Shown here in pieces: positions 18,354 through 26,721 of a stretch of DNA of 64,000 nucleotides (positions within the stretch are counted from its first letter, which is position 1; the number at the start of each line of letters is the position of its first letter). Location of the stretch: assembly GCA_040397545.1 (NCBI GenBank), contig JBBAVV010000002.1, positions 1,632 through 65,631 on the forward strand, read 5' to 3'. A model generated the notes under the pieces. The model saw only the letters and a program-made list of their open reading frames with translations. It was not told the DNA's origin and ran no database searches. The translations under genes were made by a program, and so were the position numbers. The DNA is from Pirellulales bacterium (GTDB lineage Bacteria; Planctomycetota; Planctomycetia; Pirellulales; UBA1268).

Positions 18354-20672
18354 CTAGTGGTTGAAGAGGAACTCTTTGGCATTCAGAAGCGCCCAGAGGA
18401 GATCCTCGAGGTTTTCGCGCCGGGCCTGGGGCTCGGGGAGCGGTTGGCCGTCGGGGGAGGTGCGCGGCTCGGCGATCACCCCCACGGCCTGCGCCATCTC
18501 GGCGTCGCTGGGGAGGCGCGCGAAGGTGGCGAGGAACACCTCGCGAATCCTGTCGGGATCGGTGGAATTGTCCTTCGAGAGCCGGTCGGCACGGCCGCCG
18601 TCGGCGGAGAGCTTCGCCTTGATGTCGGCTGCCGAGAGGAGGTGGAGGCTCTGGGAGAGGCTCGACGACTGCACCCGCTCGCACTCGCAGACGCTCTGCC
18701 CGTCGGGGCGGCCGAACACCTGGAGAAAGGGGGAGGAGCGGTTGTAGCTCGTGTCGGGGAGCGCGATCGCCCGCGTCCCCGCGGGGAGATTCGCGAAAGT
18801 CGTGCTCGATCCGGTGACGGCGTCGATCGAATCGAGGAGCACCTCCGCCGGGAGCCGGCGGGGGAGGAAATGGGAGAAGTGCTGAAGATCGTCGGCATTC
18901 CCCTCCAGCGGCACGGCGCTGGTCTGGTAAGTCCGCGAGAGGACGATTGCTCGGACGAGACTCTTCAGATCGTACTTCGACTGCCGGAAGCTTTCGGCCA
19001 GGCCGTCGAGGAGCGCCGGGTTCGTGGGGGGATTGGTGTCGCGCAGATCATCCTCCGGCTCGACCAGCCCGCGGCCGAGGAAGTGCTTCCAGTAGCGGTT
19101 GACCAGCGCCCGGGCGAAGAACGGGTTGTCGGGGCGGACGAGCCAGTCAGCCAGCCGGAGCCGGGGATCCTCGTCGGCGGGGATCGGTCCCTCCGGAGTG
19201 CCGAGCGCCGATGGGGAGATCCTGGCGCTCGTCTTCGGGTTCACCGCCGCGGCCACGCCGCGCTTGTGGAAGATGAGATCCTCGCCACGGGTCGATGTCG
19301 AGCGCCTCCCGACCTGGCTGAAGTAGGCAGCGAGGCCGTGGTAGTCGTCCTGGCTCCAACGCTCGAAGGGATGGTGGTGGCACTGGGCGCACCCGATCCG
19401 CACCCCGAGAAAGAGCTGGGCCACGTCCTCGATCTGATCCTTCGGCTCCTTGACGCGCTTGTACCAGGCGACGGGGGGATTCTCGACGATCGTGCCGGTG
19501 GCGGCGAGGAGCTCGCGGACGAAGCGATCGTACGGCTTGTTGGCCAGGAGACTGTCGCGCACCCAGGAGTGGAAGGCGAAGTTCGACACCGTGTCGCTGG
19601 CGTCGTCGCGCCGGTTCTTGAGCAGCGCCGTCCACTTGTTGGCAAACCAGTCGGCATACCCGGGGCTCGCCAGGAGACGGTCGACGAGCCGCTCGCGCTT
19701 GTCGGGGGCGGAGTCGGCGCGGAACGCCTCCGCTTCCGCGGCGGTGGGGATCGAGCCGGTGACGTCGAGCGACACCCGGCGGAGAAACGTGGCGTCGTCG
19801 CATTCCGGCGACAGCGGCACGCCGACGGCCCGGCAGCGCTCGAAGACATGCTCGTCGATGAAGTTCCGCGGCGTCGGGAGCTCGGCCAGCGACGGGCCAT
19901 GGGGAACGGTGCAGGTCGCCACGGCGACCTGCCCCTGGAAGCGGACCATGACCGCGGCCGTGCCAGGGATCGATCCGACGGTGACCAGCCCCGCGCTATC
20001 GACCTCGGCCCTGGCCCGGTCGTTTGACTCATAGAGCGCCAGCGCCGTCACGTCGCGCGTGCTGCCGTCGACATGGCGGGCGATCGCCCGCAGGCCTTGG
20101 CTCCCCCCAGGAGCGAGCGTCACCCCGGCCGGTTCGACGATGAGCCTGTCGAGCGCCGGCAGGTCCCCAGGCCCGAGCCCGGCCCCCTCGCCGATCCACC
20201 GCAGGAGCACTCGATGGGCGTCGGAGCCCGGGGCGATCCGCTGCCCCCCGCCGTGGGGCACGCTCGCGGTCGCCTTCAGAAGGAGCAGGCTTTGCTCGGG
20301 GGCCGCGGTCGACACCCGCCGGCCGCGCGCCTCCTTCAGAAGGTGGTCGTAGTCTTCGTCGGGCTGGAAGCCGAGGAGCGACAGCTGAAAGCCGTTTTGT
20401 CCCCCCCCCGCCTTGGCATGGCAGGCTCCCATGTTGCAGCCGGCCTTGGTGAGGATCGGCACGACGTCGGCGGTGAAGCTCACCGCCCGCTCGGGCGGCA
20501 CGAGCGAGGCGGCGCGGGCCGGCGTTGCGACAGGAGCGAGCGCAACGATCGCCAGCATGGCGGCGGGGAGCCAGCGCCCGGCCCGGGCGGCCGACGGGGG
20601 AAGGCCGGCCCACGGCGACTTCCGGGGAAGGGATGGGGCCATGCGTCGCGCGTCCCTTCGGTACGGTGCCAT
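18354..20672 (-). CDS. DUF1549/DUF1553 (PSCyt2/PSD1) domain protein
   Basis: CNMGACHAKAGGGQNGFQLSLLGF, GCAQCHHHPFERWSQDDY, and ALVNRYWKHFLGRGLVEPEDDLR motifs. The exact start is uncertain. Confidence 0.85.
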   Translation of the reverse strand: MAPYRRDARRMAPSLPRKSPWAGLPPSAARAGRWLPAAMLAIVALAPVATPARAASLVPPERAVSFTADVVPILTKAGCNMGACHAKAGGGQNGFQLSLLGFQPDEDYDHLLKEARGRRVSTAAPEQSLLLLKATASVPHGGGQRIAPGSDAHRVLLRWIGEGAGLGPGDLPALDRLIVEPAGVTLAPGGSQGLRAIARHVDGSTRDVTALALYESNDRARAEVDSAGLVTVGSIPGTAAVMVRFQGQVAVATCTVPHGPSLAELPTPRNFIDEHVFERCRAVGVPLSPECDDATFLRRVSLDVTGSIPTAAEAEAFRADSAPDKRERLVDRLLASPGYADWFANKWTALLKNRRDDASDTVSNFAFHSWVRDSLLANKPYDRFVRELLAATGTIVENPPVAWYKRVKEPKDQIEDVAQLFLGVRIGCAQCHHHPFERWSQDDYHGLAAYFSQVGRRSTSTRGEDLIFHKRGVAAAVNPKTSARISPSALGTPEGPIPADEDPRLRLADWLVRPDNPFFARALVNRYWKHFLGRGLVEPEDDLRDTNPPTNPALLDGLAESFRQSKYDLKSLVRAIVLSRTYQTSAVPLEGNADDLQHFSHFLPRRLPAEVLLDSIDAVTGSSTTFANLPAGTRAIALPDTSYNRSSPFLQVFGRPDGQSVCECERVQSSSLSQSLHLLSAADIKAKLSADGGRADRLSKDNSTDPDRIREVFLATFARLPSDAEMAQAVGVIAEPRTSPDGQPLPEPQARRENLEDLLWALLNAKEFLFNH

Positions 20673-21017
20673 GGGGTGTTCCAGGATCGGGGCGCGGGCC
20701 TGCCGAGGGAGCGCAAAAGCCCGGTGTGCAAGCTCATCCCCGCAGAAATCCTATCCTTTTCCAGGGGGAGGGTCCACCTGGAGCGCACCCCCATCTATCC
20801 ATCGACCGTGGGGATCAAGATTGTGGAGTTCGCCATCCGGAAGGTACAATGCTTGCCGGGGGGGATGTCTGTCGTCAGCTCCATAGTTCGGCACCAACGC
20901 GATCGACACCAGGAAACTATCACCGGCGAACAGACGGCAAGGAAGCGCCTCGGACTTTGACAGTCTGGGCATGAAGCCCGGGGTTGTATGTTCTTTCCCA
21001 CCAAAAGGGGGTGAACC

Positions 21018-21644
21018 ATGCCGCTCTCCGTGACCTGCACCTGTGGACTCGTCTATTCGGTTTCTTTAACGCGGGCCGGCAGCGTGATTGCCTGCCGCTG
21101 CGGTCGCGCAATCGCTGTTCCAGAGGCGAATCGGCCGACACCGCCACCGGTTTCCGCGCTCGGCCGGGATCAGCCGCGGGAGGCGAGCACCGCCGACGAC
21201 ACGATCCACGCCATCAAGCGGATGATCCGCACGCGCGAACTGCCGGCGCCGGGCAAATGCCCCCACTCCGGCAAGCCTGGCAACGACGTCATCGTCTTCA
21301 GGCTTCACTTCGACCCCGTGGCCGAGGAGGCGCTGGCGGCCACCGAGCAGGCCTCGGCGGCGGCGGGCGGCTGGAGTCTGTTCGGCCTGTTTTCCGGCAA
21401 GCGGGGGACGGCCATGGTGAAGCAGCCCTCGGAGAGCCTCGGCCGCGATGTGTGGGTCGATATGCCGGTGCGGGTGGCACACGAAGCCCATGCCGAGATT
21501 CTCCTCTCGCGGAGCCAGCAGCACCTCCGCGACATGCTCCGCACCGTGCCGATCTACGCACAGCTCCTCGCCGAGCATCGCACGGCGCGGATCGAAACGC
21601 TCCCCCGCCACAGCGACGGCCAGCCGAATCACGCCCGCCACTGA
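21018..21644 (+). CDS. hypothetical protein with N-terminal Cys-rich zinc-ribbon-like motif
   Basis: MPLSVTCTCGLVYSVSLTRAGSVIACRCGRAIAVPE. 208-aa ORF in a divergent intergenic context. Confidence 0.55.
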   Translation: MPLSVTCTCGLVYSVSLTRAGSVIACRCGRAIAVPEANRPTPPPVSALGRDQPREASTADDTIHAIKRMIRTRELPAPGKCPHSGKPGNDVIVFRLHFDPVAEEALAATEQASAAAGGWSLFGLFSGKRGTAMVKQPSESLGRDVWVDMPVRVAHEAHAEILLSRSQQHLRDMLRTVPIYAQLLAEHRTARIETLPRHSDGQPNHARH

Positions 21645-21908
21645 TGCGCCGCGGCGGCGGCGGCGGGGCTGGGGCGGGCCCCCGGAGGCTGGCGGCCACC
21701 AGCGCGCCGGTGAGCCTCCGACCCGCCGGCATTCGGTGTTTCCCCCCGCGCCTCCTCCCCCTACGATCCCCTCTCGGATACCGACCGCGGCTGGAGTCGC
21801 CCCCGGGGGCCGGCCGTGGGTCAATCGCCCTTTCGACCTAGTGCCCGGGACCGACCAGCAGGTGCGGCGGCGGGGGCCACGGAATGCCTGTGAGGAGATC
21901 GCATCCCC

Positions 21909-22583
21909 GTGTTCCCGATCTTGCGTCAACCGCCGGTGACCCAGCGGGGAATGGTGATCTTCGCGCTCCAGCTCCTGATGGTCGTTCTGATTCCCGTCCT
22001 CGACGACGGTGGGCAAATCGTGCCGATGCCCTACGCGGCCGCGGCGCTCACGGTGGCGATGCTGACGGTCCGATTCCTCGGCTACCAGCGTACCGCTGGG
22101 GCGATCGCCGCGGTCGGCATCGCCGCGATCGTCTGGGAGATCGGTGTGCCCAGCGTCCCCTCGCTGTTGCGGCTTCCGCTCTGGCTGGCGATCGTCGCCG
22201 CCTGCATCACTTCCGCGGTGCTGTGCATCAAGTCGGCCTTCGCCCTCCGCATGCCCCCGGTGCAGCGGATCTTCTGCGGGGCCGCGAGCTTTGTTTTGAT
22301 CGGCTTCTTGTTCGCGAGCCTCCACGCGCTGGTCGGAATCGGCACTGGGAACGGCTACACGCTCGTCGGCGGCGTCGAGGAGGCCCGGCCGCTGCGGTGG
22401 GTCGATTTCATCTGGTTGAGCTTCTCCACGCTCACCACCTCCGGCTTCGGCGATCTGGCGCCTGTGAATGCCACGGCCTGCGCGATCGCGACCCTCGAGT
22501 CGCTGTGCGGGATCCTCTTCCCGGCCACGCTCATCGCCCGGATCACCTCGCTCCCTGCGGCCCCCCACGGGAGTAGCGGCTAG
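21909..22583 (+). CDS. two-TM potassium-channel-like protein
   Basis: Several hydrophobic helices and the selectivity-filter-like sequence TLTTSGFGDLAP. Confidence 0.7.
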   Translation: MFPILRQPPVTQRGMVIFALQLLMVVLIPVLDDGGQIVPMPYAAAALTVAMLTVRFLGYQRTAGAIAAVGIAAIVWEIGVPSVPSLLRLPLWLAIVAACITSAVLCIKSAFALRMPPVQRIFCGAASFVLIGFLFASLHALVGIGTGNGYTLVGGVEEARPLRWVDFIWLSFSTLTTSGFGDLAPVNATACAIATLESLCGILFPATLIARITSLPAAPHGSSG

Positions 22584-22960
22584 TCGTCGCTCGGCTGGAG
22601 CGGTGGCACTTCCCAGGTATCGACCTCGACGACGGCGACGATGTGCGCCGCGTTGATCGAGCTGTTGGCCCGCTCGTCGGCGGAGAGCTTGACGAGGGGG
22701 AAGTGCCCCCAGGGAAAGCCGTCCTTCTTGAACGGCACGATGATCTCGACGTCGAGCCACACCTGCCCGCCGGGGGCCGCTCGGACGTTGCGGACCTGGT
22801 CGATAATGAGGACATGCCCTGTGCCCAGGAGCACGCCGAAGCGGGTCCCCTCCTGGGCGAGCCGTTCGGCGAACCAGGCCGGGAGGAGCTCGGCCGCCTG
22901 CCGCCGCCAGTCGCTCGGGGGTGAAGCCGGACGGCCGTTGGAGTGGTCACCTGTCGCCAT
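22580..22960 (-). CDS. hypothetical protein (126 aa)
   Basis: Only the distal part of track ORF 22580-23665 looks protein-like, from MATGDHSNG.. The upstream part is Arg/Pro/Ser-rich frame noise. Confidence 0.45.
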   Translation of the reverse strand: MATGDHSNGRPASPPSDWRRQAAELLPAWFAERLAQEGTRFGVLLGTGHVLIIDQVRNVRAAPGGQVWLDVEIIVPFKKDGFPWGHFPLVKLSADERANSSINAAHIVAVVEVDTWEVPPLQPSDD

Positions 22961-23289
22961 TGGAGCGGTTCCCAGAGCGGTGGCGGTCGGGGCGCGGGGC
23001 CGTGCCGCCGTGGCGGGCCGGTGTTGAACTTCCCGGGAATCTAACAGGCGGGGCCTGACGAGAGCCAAAAAAAGCTCCCATGAGACGCCCTTGTCACGTG
23101 CGGGCGGGGCTGGCACCTCCACTTCCGGCAGGGCCGTTCGGCGTGCGGCTGAGGCGGCGGATCGGGCGGGCAGTCTCTCTTTCCCCGTCGGCTGGATTGC
23201 CGCTAGGCTTATTATGGCGCCGCATCCGGCACGTCGTCGGGTGGCATTCGCGAGGCGTCCGCCAACGTCATCAGGAAGGGAGTCGATCG

Positions 23290-23376
23290 ATGGGCAAGGG
23301 CAACAACAGCCAGAAGAACGACAAGAAGAACAAGAAGCCGAAGCAGGAAAAGCCCAAGGCCGCGCCGAAGAAGTGA
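23290..23376 (+). CDS. 28-aa Lys/Asn-rich micro-protein MGKGNNSQKNDKKNKKPKQEKPKAAPKK
   Basis: AGGAAGGGAG lies upstream of the ATG. 26 of 27 sense codons after the ATG end in G/C (AAG, AAC, CCG) despite the A-rich amino-acid content. This matches the host codon bias. Confidence 0.4.
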   Translation: MGKGNNSQKNDKKNKKPKQEKPKAAPKK

Positions 23377-23552
23377 TCGCGGCGGCCCGCCGTCTGGCCC
23401 CTGGCCGGCGGTGGATCGGGTGGACACGCGCCACGGATGGCCTTGGCCCACCGACAGCCAACGCTACGGCCGGCGTCCCGCCAAGGGGCGCCGGCCGTCG
23501 CCGTCGGATCGGGCGCCGGCCGTCGCCGTCGGGAGAGGATGACGAGGTTTTT

Positions 23553-24051
23553 TCACCCCGGCAGCTGGAATGAGACCCACTCGGAGGTGGCGCTCCCCTG
23601 GCTGTCCTCGGGGGTATGCCCGGCGGGGGTCGTGAAAGTGACGTCGTCGACGGTCTCCCCGGCATACTCCGCCTGGCCCCGGCTCATCGAGACCGCAACG
23701 ACGCCCGGCGCCGAGCGGGCGTATTTCACGGCGGCGAGCATGTCGGCCGTGGCGTTGCTCTTGGCCTCAACGAGGAGACTCGAGCGCCTCGGGGGCGTGG
23801 AGAAGCGATGGTCGCCCCTGGCGGCGATCCCTGCTCCGCGCTTGCCACCATCCCATGGTGTGCTCCCTTCGCGGCGACGTGCCCAGGCCGGCGGACGCCC
23901 ACTTTGGCGCTCGTTGCCCCGCGGCGTGGCGAAGCCTTTGGACCTTTGGAGAAGCCATCGGCATCGGGCGGGTCCCGGTCGGTGCCCGATCGGCTCCGGC
24001 GTCAGCCCCCCGCTCGTCGGGAGGGTCGTTGGCCGTCAGGGTCGGCGCCAA
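23553..24051 (-). pseudogene. remnant of an S53 (sedolisin-like) peptidase gene
   Basis: One frame reads ..SSLLVEAKSNATADMLAAVKYARSAPGVVAVSMSRGQAEYAGETVDDVTFTTPAGH.., resembling the central region of S53 peptidases. The upstream part (..HAPEA..) is in another frame. No catalytic-Ser region follows. Confidence 0.4.
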
Positions 24052-24119
24052 CCACCCCGTCGATGGAGCCGGTAGAGCGCCACGACGACAGAGCCGGAGG
24101 GGCTAGAGGCATCATCCCA

Positions 24120-25022
24120 TCATCCGGCCCGTCGCCGCCGGGCGATCCGCTTCCGCTTGGCCACCCAGCCGGCCGCGGCGAGGCCGGCGAGCGCCAGCGC
24201 CCAGGTGGACGGCTCCGGCACCACCTCGAGCTTTCCAGTGATCTCGTCGAAGCGGAGGAATTGATCCGAGGTTCCGTACGTCGAGACCCATTCGTCGGTT
24301 CCCAGACGGTAGAAGTTGACGCCCGAGTAGACGCCGGTGCCGGCGGCGATCACCGACGAGAAATGCCCGATGGGGTTGCCGCCGGCGAGCGCGAAGAGTT
24401 GGAACTCCTGGCCATTGGCGACCGGAACCTGGTTGGCGAAGTCGAGGCGGAGCGTGCCGTCGAACGTGACGCCGCTGCTGTTGTTGATCCGCAGCGAGTC
24501 GTAGTTGACGCCGGCTGTGCCGGAGAACTCGCCGTTGGCGTTGATGGTGAACGACGCCATCCCCTCCGGCCCGAAGCCCAACGAACCGACGGTCAAGAGT
24601 GAGGGGACGGCACCGATGCCCGGCGAGATCGTGCCCCCCGATGCCACCGTCACCGTCTGGGCGATCGTTCCGGAGCCGGCAAGGAGGGCCCCCGACTCGA
24701 CGACGACCGCCGAGCGGGAGAGAACTCCGTCGACGATGAGGCCACCGGCCGCGACGGTCGTCTGGCCGGTGGAGCCGAAGCTTCCGGCGGTGGTGAGGGT
24801 GAGCGTGCCACTCCCCGCCTTCGTGAGCGTGCCGTTGCCGGCGAGCGTGCCACCGTAGCTGGCAGCCCCGGAGCGGTCGAAGACGAGCGCGCCGTTGAAA
24901 TCGAGACTGGCCTGGAGGACACCCCCTGTTCCGCCCGTACCGATCCGCAGCACGCCCCCGGCCTGGAGATCGATGCTGTTGGCCGTCGATTCCGAATCAC
25001 CAGCCCCATCCGCCGCGCCCAA
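24120..25022 (-). CDS. autotransporter-associated beta-strand-repeat protein with PEP-CTERM anchor, probably 5'-frameshifted
   Basis: Repeats GGVLRIGTGGTG.. and GNGTLTKAGSGTLTLT... C-terminal VVPEPSTWALALAGLAAAGWVAKRKR. No signal peptide in this frame. The conserved leader lies at 25019-25132 in another frame. Confidence 0.6.
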   Translation of the reverse strand: MGAADGAGDSESTANSIDLQAGGVLRIGTGGTGGVLQASLDFNGALVFDRSGAASYGGTLAGNGTLTKAGSGTLTLTTAGSFGSTGQTTVAAGGLIVDGVLSRSAVVVESGALLAGSGTIAQTVTVASGGTISPGIGAVPSLLTVGSLGFGPEGMASFTINANGEFSGTAGVNYDSLRINNSSGVTFDGTLRLDFANQVPVANGQEFQLFALAGGNPIGHFSSVIAAGTGVYSGVNFYRLGTDEWVSTYGTSDQFLRFDEITGKLEVVPEPSTWALALAGLAAAGWVAKRKRIARRRRAG

Positions 25023-25105
25023 TCTCGCGCCGCACGGCGGCGGACACGGTTGACGACACGATCACGAAACCGTCGCCAAAGAATCGTGGCATGAATCCGT
25101 CCCCA
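25019..25105 (-). repeat. conserved leader-coding repeat, copy 1 (WGRIHATILWRRFRDRVVNRVRRRAARDW)
   Basis: Matches 25875-25961 at the peptide level, with many synonymous codon differences. Confidence 0.7.
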
Positions 25106-25453
25106 CCAGCCCCGACTCCATTCCCGCTTCATGGGACATCCTTTGCGTTATCAGGCTGTGAATCGAGTGCCCCACCGCTCGATGCGGCGGCCGTCGACCA
25201 CAGAAACCGAGGGCGTTTCCTCCGGTCGACAACGCGGAAAAGATCGGGAACGACTTTTCCCAAGCCCAAGACTGTTCGAGAGAAGACATTTCCCGCGGCT
25301 GCGGGCAGTCAGTACGGACCAGCGCGGGCAATCAGCGCCGGCAATCAGCGCCGGCAAGAGGCGGAACAAAAAGCGGTCGCCACGGCCGAAATGGTCGAAA
25401 CCAGCGGCGTTTTCGGCTTAAAAAAAAGCTTTAGGGCATGGTAGGCGATGCCG

Positions 25454-25948
25454 TCAATTTTGCAAGGATCGGGTTGTTTTTCTGGCTCGTCGGCAGAATC
25501 GGTGGGTGAAAAATGGGAGGCGGGAGTTTGCGTAGTCGCCGGCAACGGCCCACTCAGTGGTGATCGTTCCGTTCGCCGCGTTGTCCAGATCGGGAGCGTT
25601 GCGAATGCCGCTGCCGTCGACATACGCGGTAGAGCCGCCGACGCCATCGGTCACCTGCCGGGGGCGATTGCCCGGCAGAGCACCGGCAAGCCCATCGGCG
25701 CGGACAACTTGCAATTGCACCGCCTCGCCAACCTGAAAGTTGTGTTGGTTCGAGTCGGGTCCGCTGGAGGTGGAGAGCGTCAAAAGAGAGTCGTCACCAT
25801 AGCCCGCGACGCTGGCCGTTAGCATCGCTCGGCCTTCGAGCGACTCCATCTGCGCCGAGCCCCACTCGCTTGCCCCAGTCGCGCGCCGAGCGCTGGCGGG
25901 CCCGCAGCAACACCCGGTCGCGGAATCTTCTCCAGACAACCGTGGCAT
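25454..25948 (-). CDS. secreted-protein fragment with ESLEGRAMLTA-type leader motif, probably frameshifted and truncated
   Basis: ..SEWGSAQMESLEGRAMLTASVAGYGDD.. follows an Arg-rich leader encoded in a different frame (25875-25961). No C-terminal anchor. Confidence 0.45.
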   Translation of the reverse strand: MPRLSGEDSATGCCCGPASARRATGASEWGSAQMESLEGRAMLTASVAGYGDDSLLTLSTSSGPDSNQHNFQVGEAVQLQVVRADGLAGALPGNRPRQVTDGVGGSTAYVDGSGIRNAPDLDNAANGTITTEWAVAGDYANSRLPFFTHRFCRRARKTTRSLQN

Positions 25949-25961
25949 GGATCCGTCCCCA
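25875..25961 (-). repeat. conserved leader-coding repeat, copy 2 (WGRIHATVVWRRFRDRVLLRARQRSARDW)
   Basis: See 25019-25105. Confidence 0.7.
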
Positions 25962-25964
25962 CGC

Positions 25965-26050
25965 GCGGCGCTCCGGACCAGCGAGCTTCAGCGGCTCGAG
26001 GCCCAACTCCATCCCCACTTCCTCTTCAACGCCCTGACGGCGGTGCTCGC
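25965..26050 (+). pseudogene. fragment of a LytS/His_kinase-type sensor kinase (H-box only)
   Basis: Translates to AALRTSELQRLEAQLHPHFLFNALTAVLA, the phospho-acceptor motif of PF06580-type kinases. No TM region or ATPase domain on either side. Confidence 0.6.
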
Positions 26051-26082
26051 CTGCCGGCACGATCCTCGTCCCCACCGACGAA

Positions 26083-26505
26083 GTGCTGTGGATTGAGGCC
26101 CGGCAGAACTATTCACTGATCCATCGCGCGGGCGGAGGTCCGCTCCTCGTGAAACGCCTGCTCGGCGATTTCGGTGAGGAGCTTCCGTCGGGGCGATTCG
26201 CGCGCATCGGCCGGTCGCTCGTCGTCAATCTTCGTTCGCTTCGCACCGTCAGCAGGCTCGACGGGAGCGGGACCCTGCTCGAGTTTGCCGATTCGTCTGA
26301 AACGCTCGTCGTCGGCCGAGCCGCGATGGCCAGGCTCCGACAACGGCTCTCCCTCCAACCACCGAGCGAATCGGTGCTTGAAGAGAACGCCGGCAACGGT
26401 TCGCCGACCGCTCCCCTGTTCTCCCGGCCCGGCTGCAATCGCGCCGTCGGCAGGCGTCAGTGCTGGTCTGACGACGTCGTCTGGCGGTCGTCGGTGAGGG
26501 AATAG
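26083..26505 (+). pseudogene. LytTR DNA-binding domain remnant (receiver domain missing)
   Basis: ILVPTDEVLWIEARQNYSLIHRAGGGPLLVKRLLGDFGEELPSGRFARIGRSLVVNLRSL.. is a LytTR domain. It directly abuts the kinase H-box fragment in another frame. Confidence 0.6.
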
Positions 26506-26721
26506 CCGGTGAAGCAGGCGGCGACGAGGGCTGCCATAACGGCCAGGAGGATGTCGATGGATGCCATGGACGAGGCCTCGGAGTGGACGGCGACCGCCCG
26601 GGGGACAGGCGGCGACTCGGATTTCGACAGTGCTTCAAGCCCGGGGGGAGTCAAACGGACAGCTGATCGGTCGTGTCGGTCGGAGATGGCGGGGAGTGAA
26701 GCCGTGCCCGGCCCTCCGGCG

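Noticed and set aside
17553-20027. 824-aa plus-strand ORF
   Set aside because: It is antisense to the DUF1549/DUF1553 gene and the 723-aa secreted-protein gene.
21066-22760. 564-aa minus-strand ORF
   Set aside because: It overlaps, in antisense, the potassium-channel-like and zinc-ribbon genes. Its sequence is Arg/Gly/Pro-rich.
23290-23376. Similarity of the Lys-rich micro-ORF to ribosomal protein bTHX (both start MGKG and are ~27 aa)
   Set aside because: Beyond the first four residues the composition differs. bTHX is Arg/Gly/Tyr-rich, while this peptide is Lys/Asn/Pro-rich. No homology is claimed.
26457-26567. 36-codon hydrophobic minus-strand ORF (MASIDILLAVMAALVAACFTGYSLTDDRQTTSSDQH), a possible type I toxin-like peptide
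   Set aside because: There is no supporting RBS, antisense RNA signature or conservation evidence available. It lies in a region of decayed genes, so it is too speculative to call.
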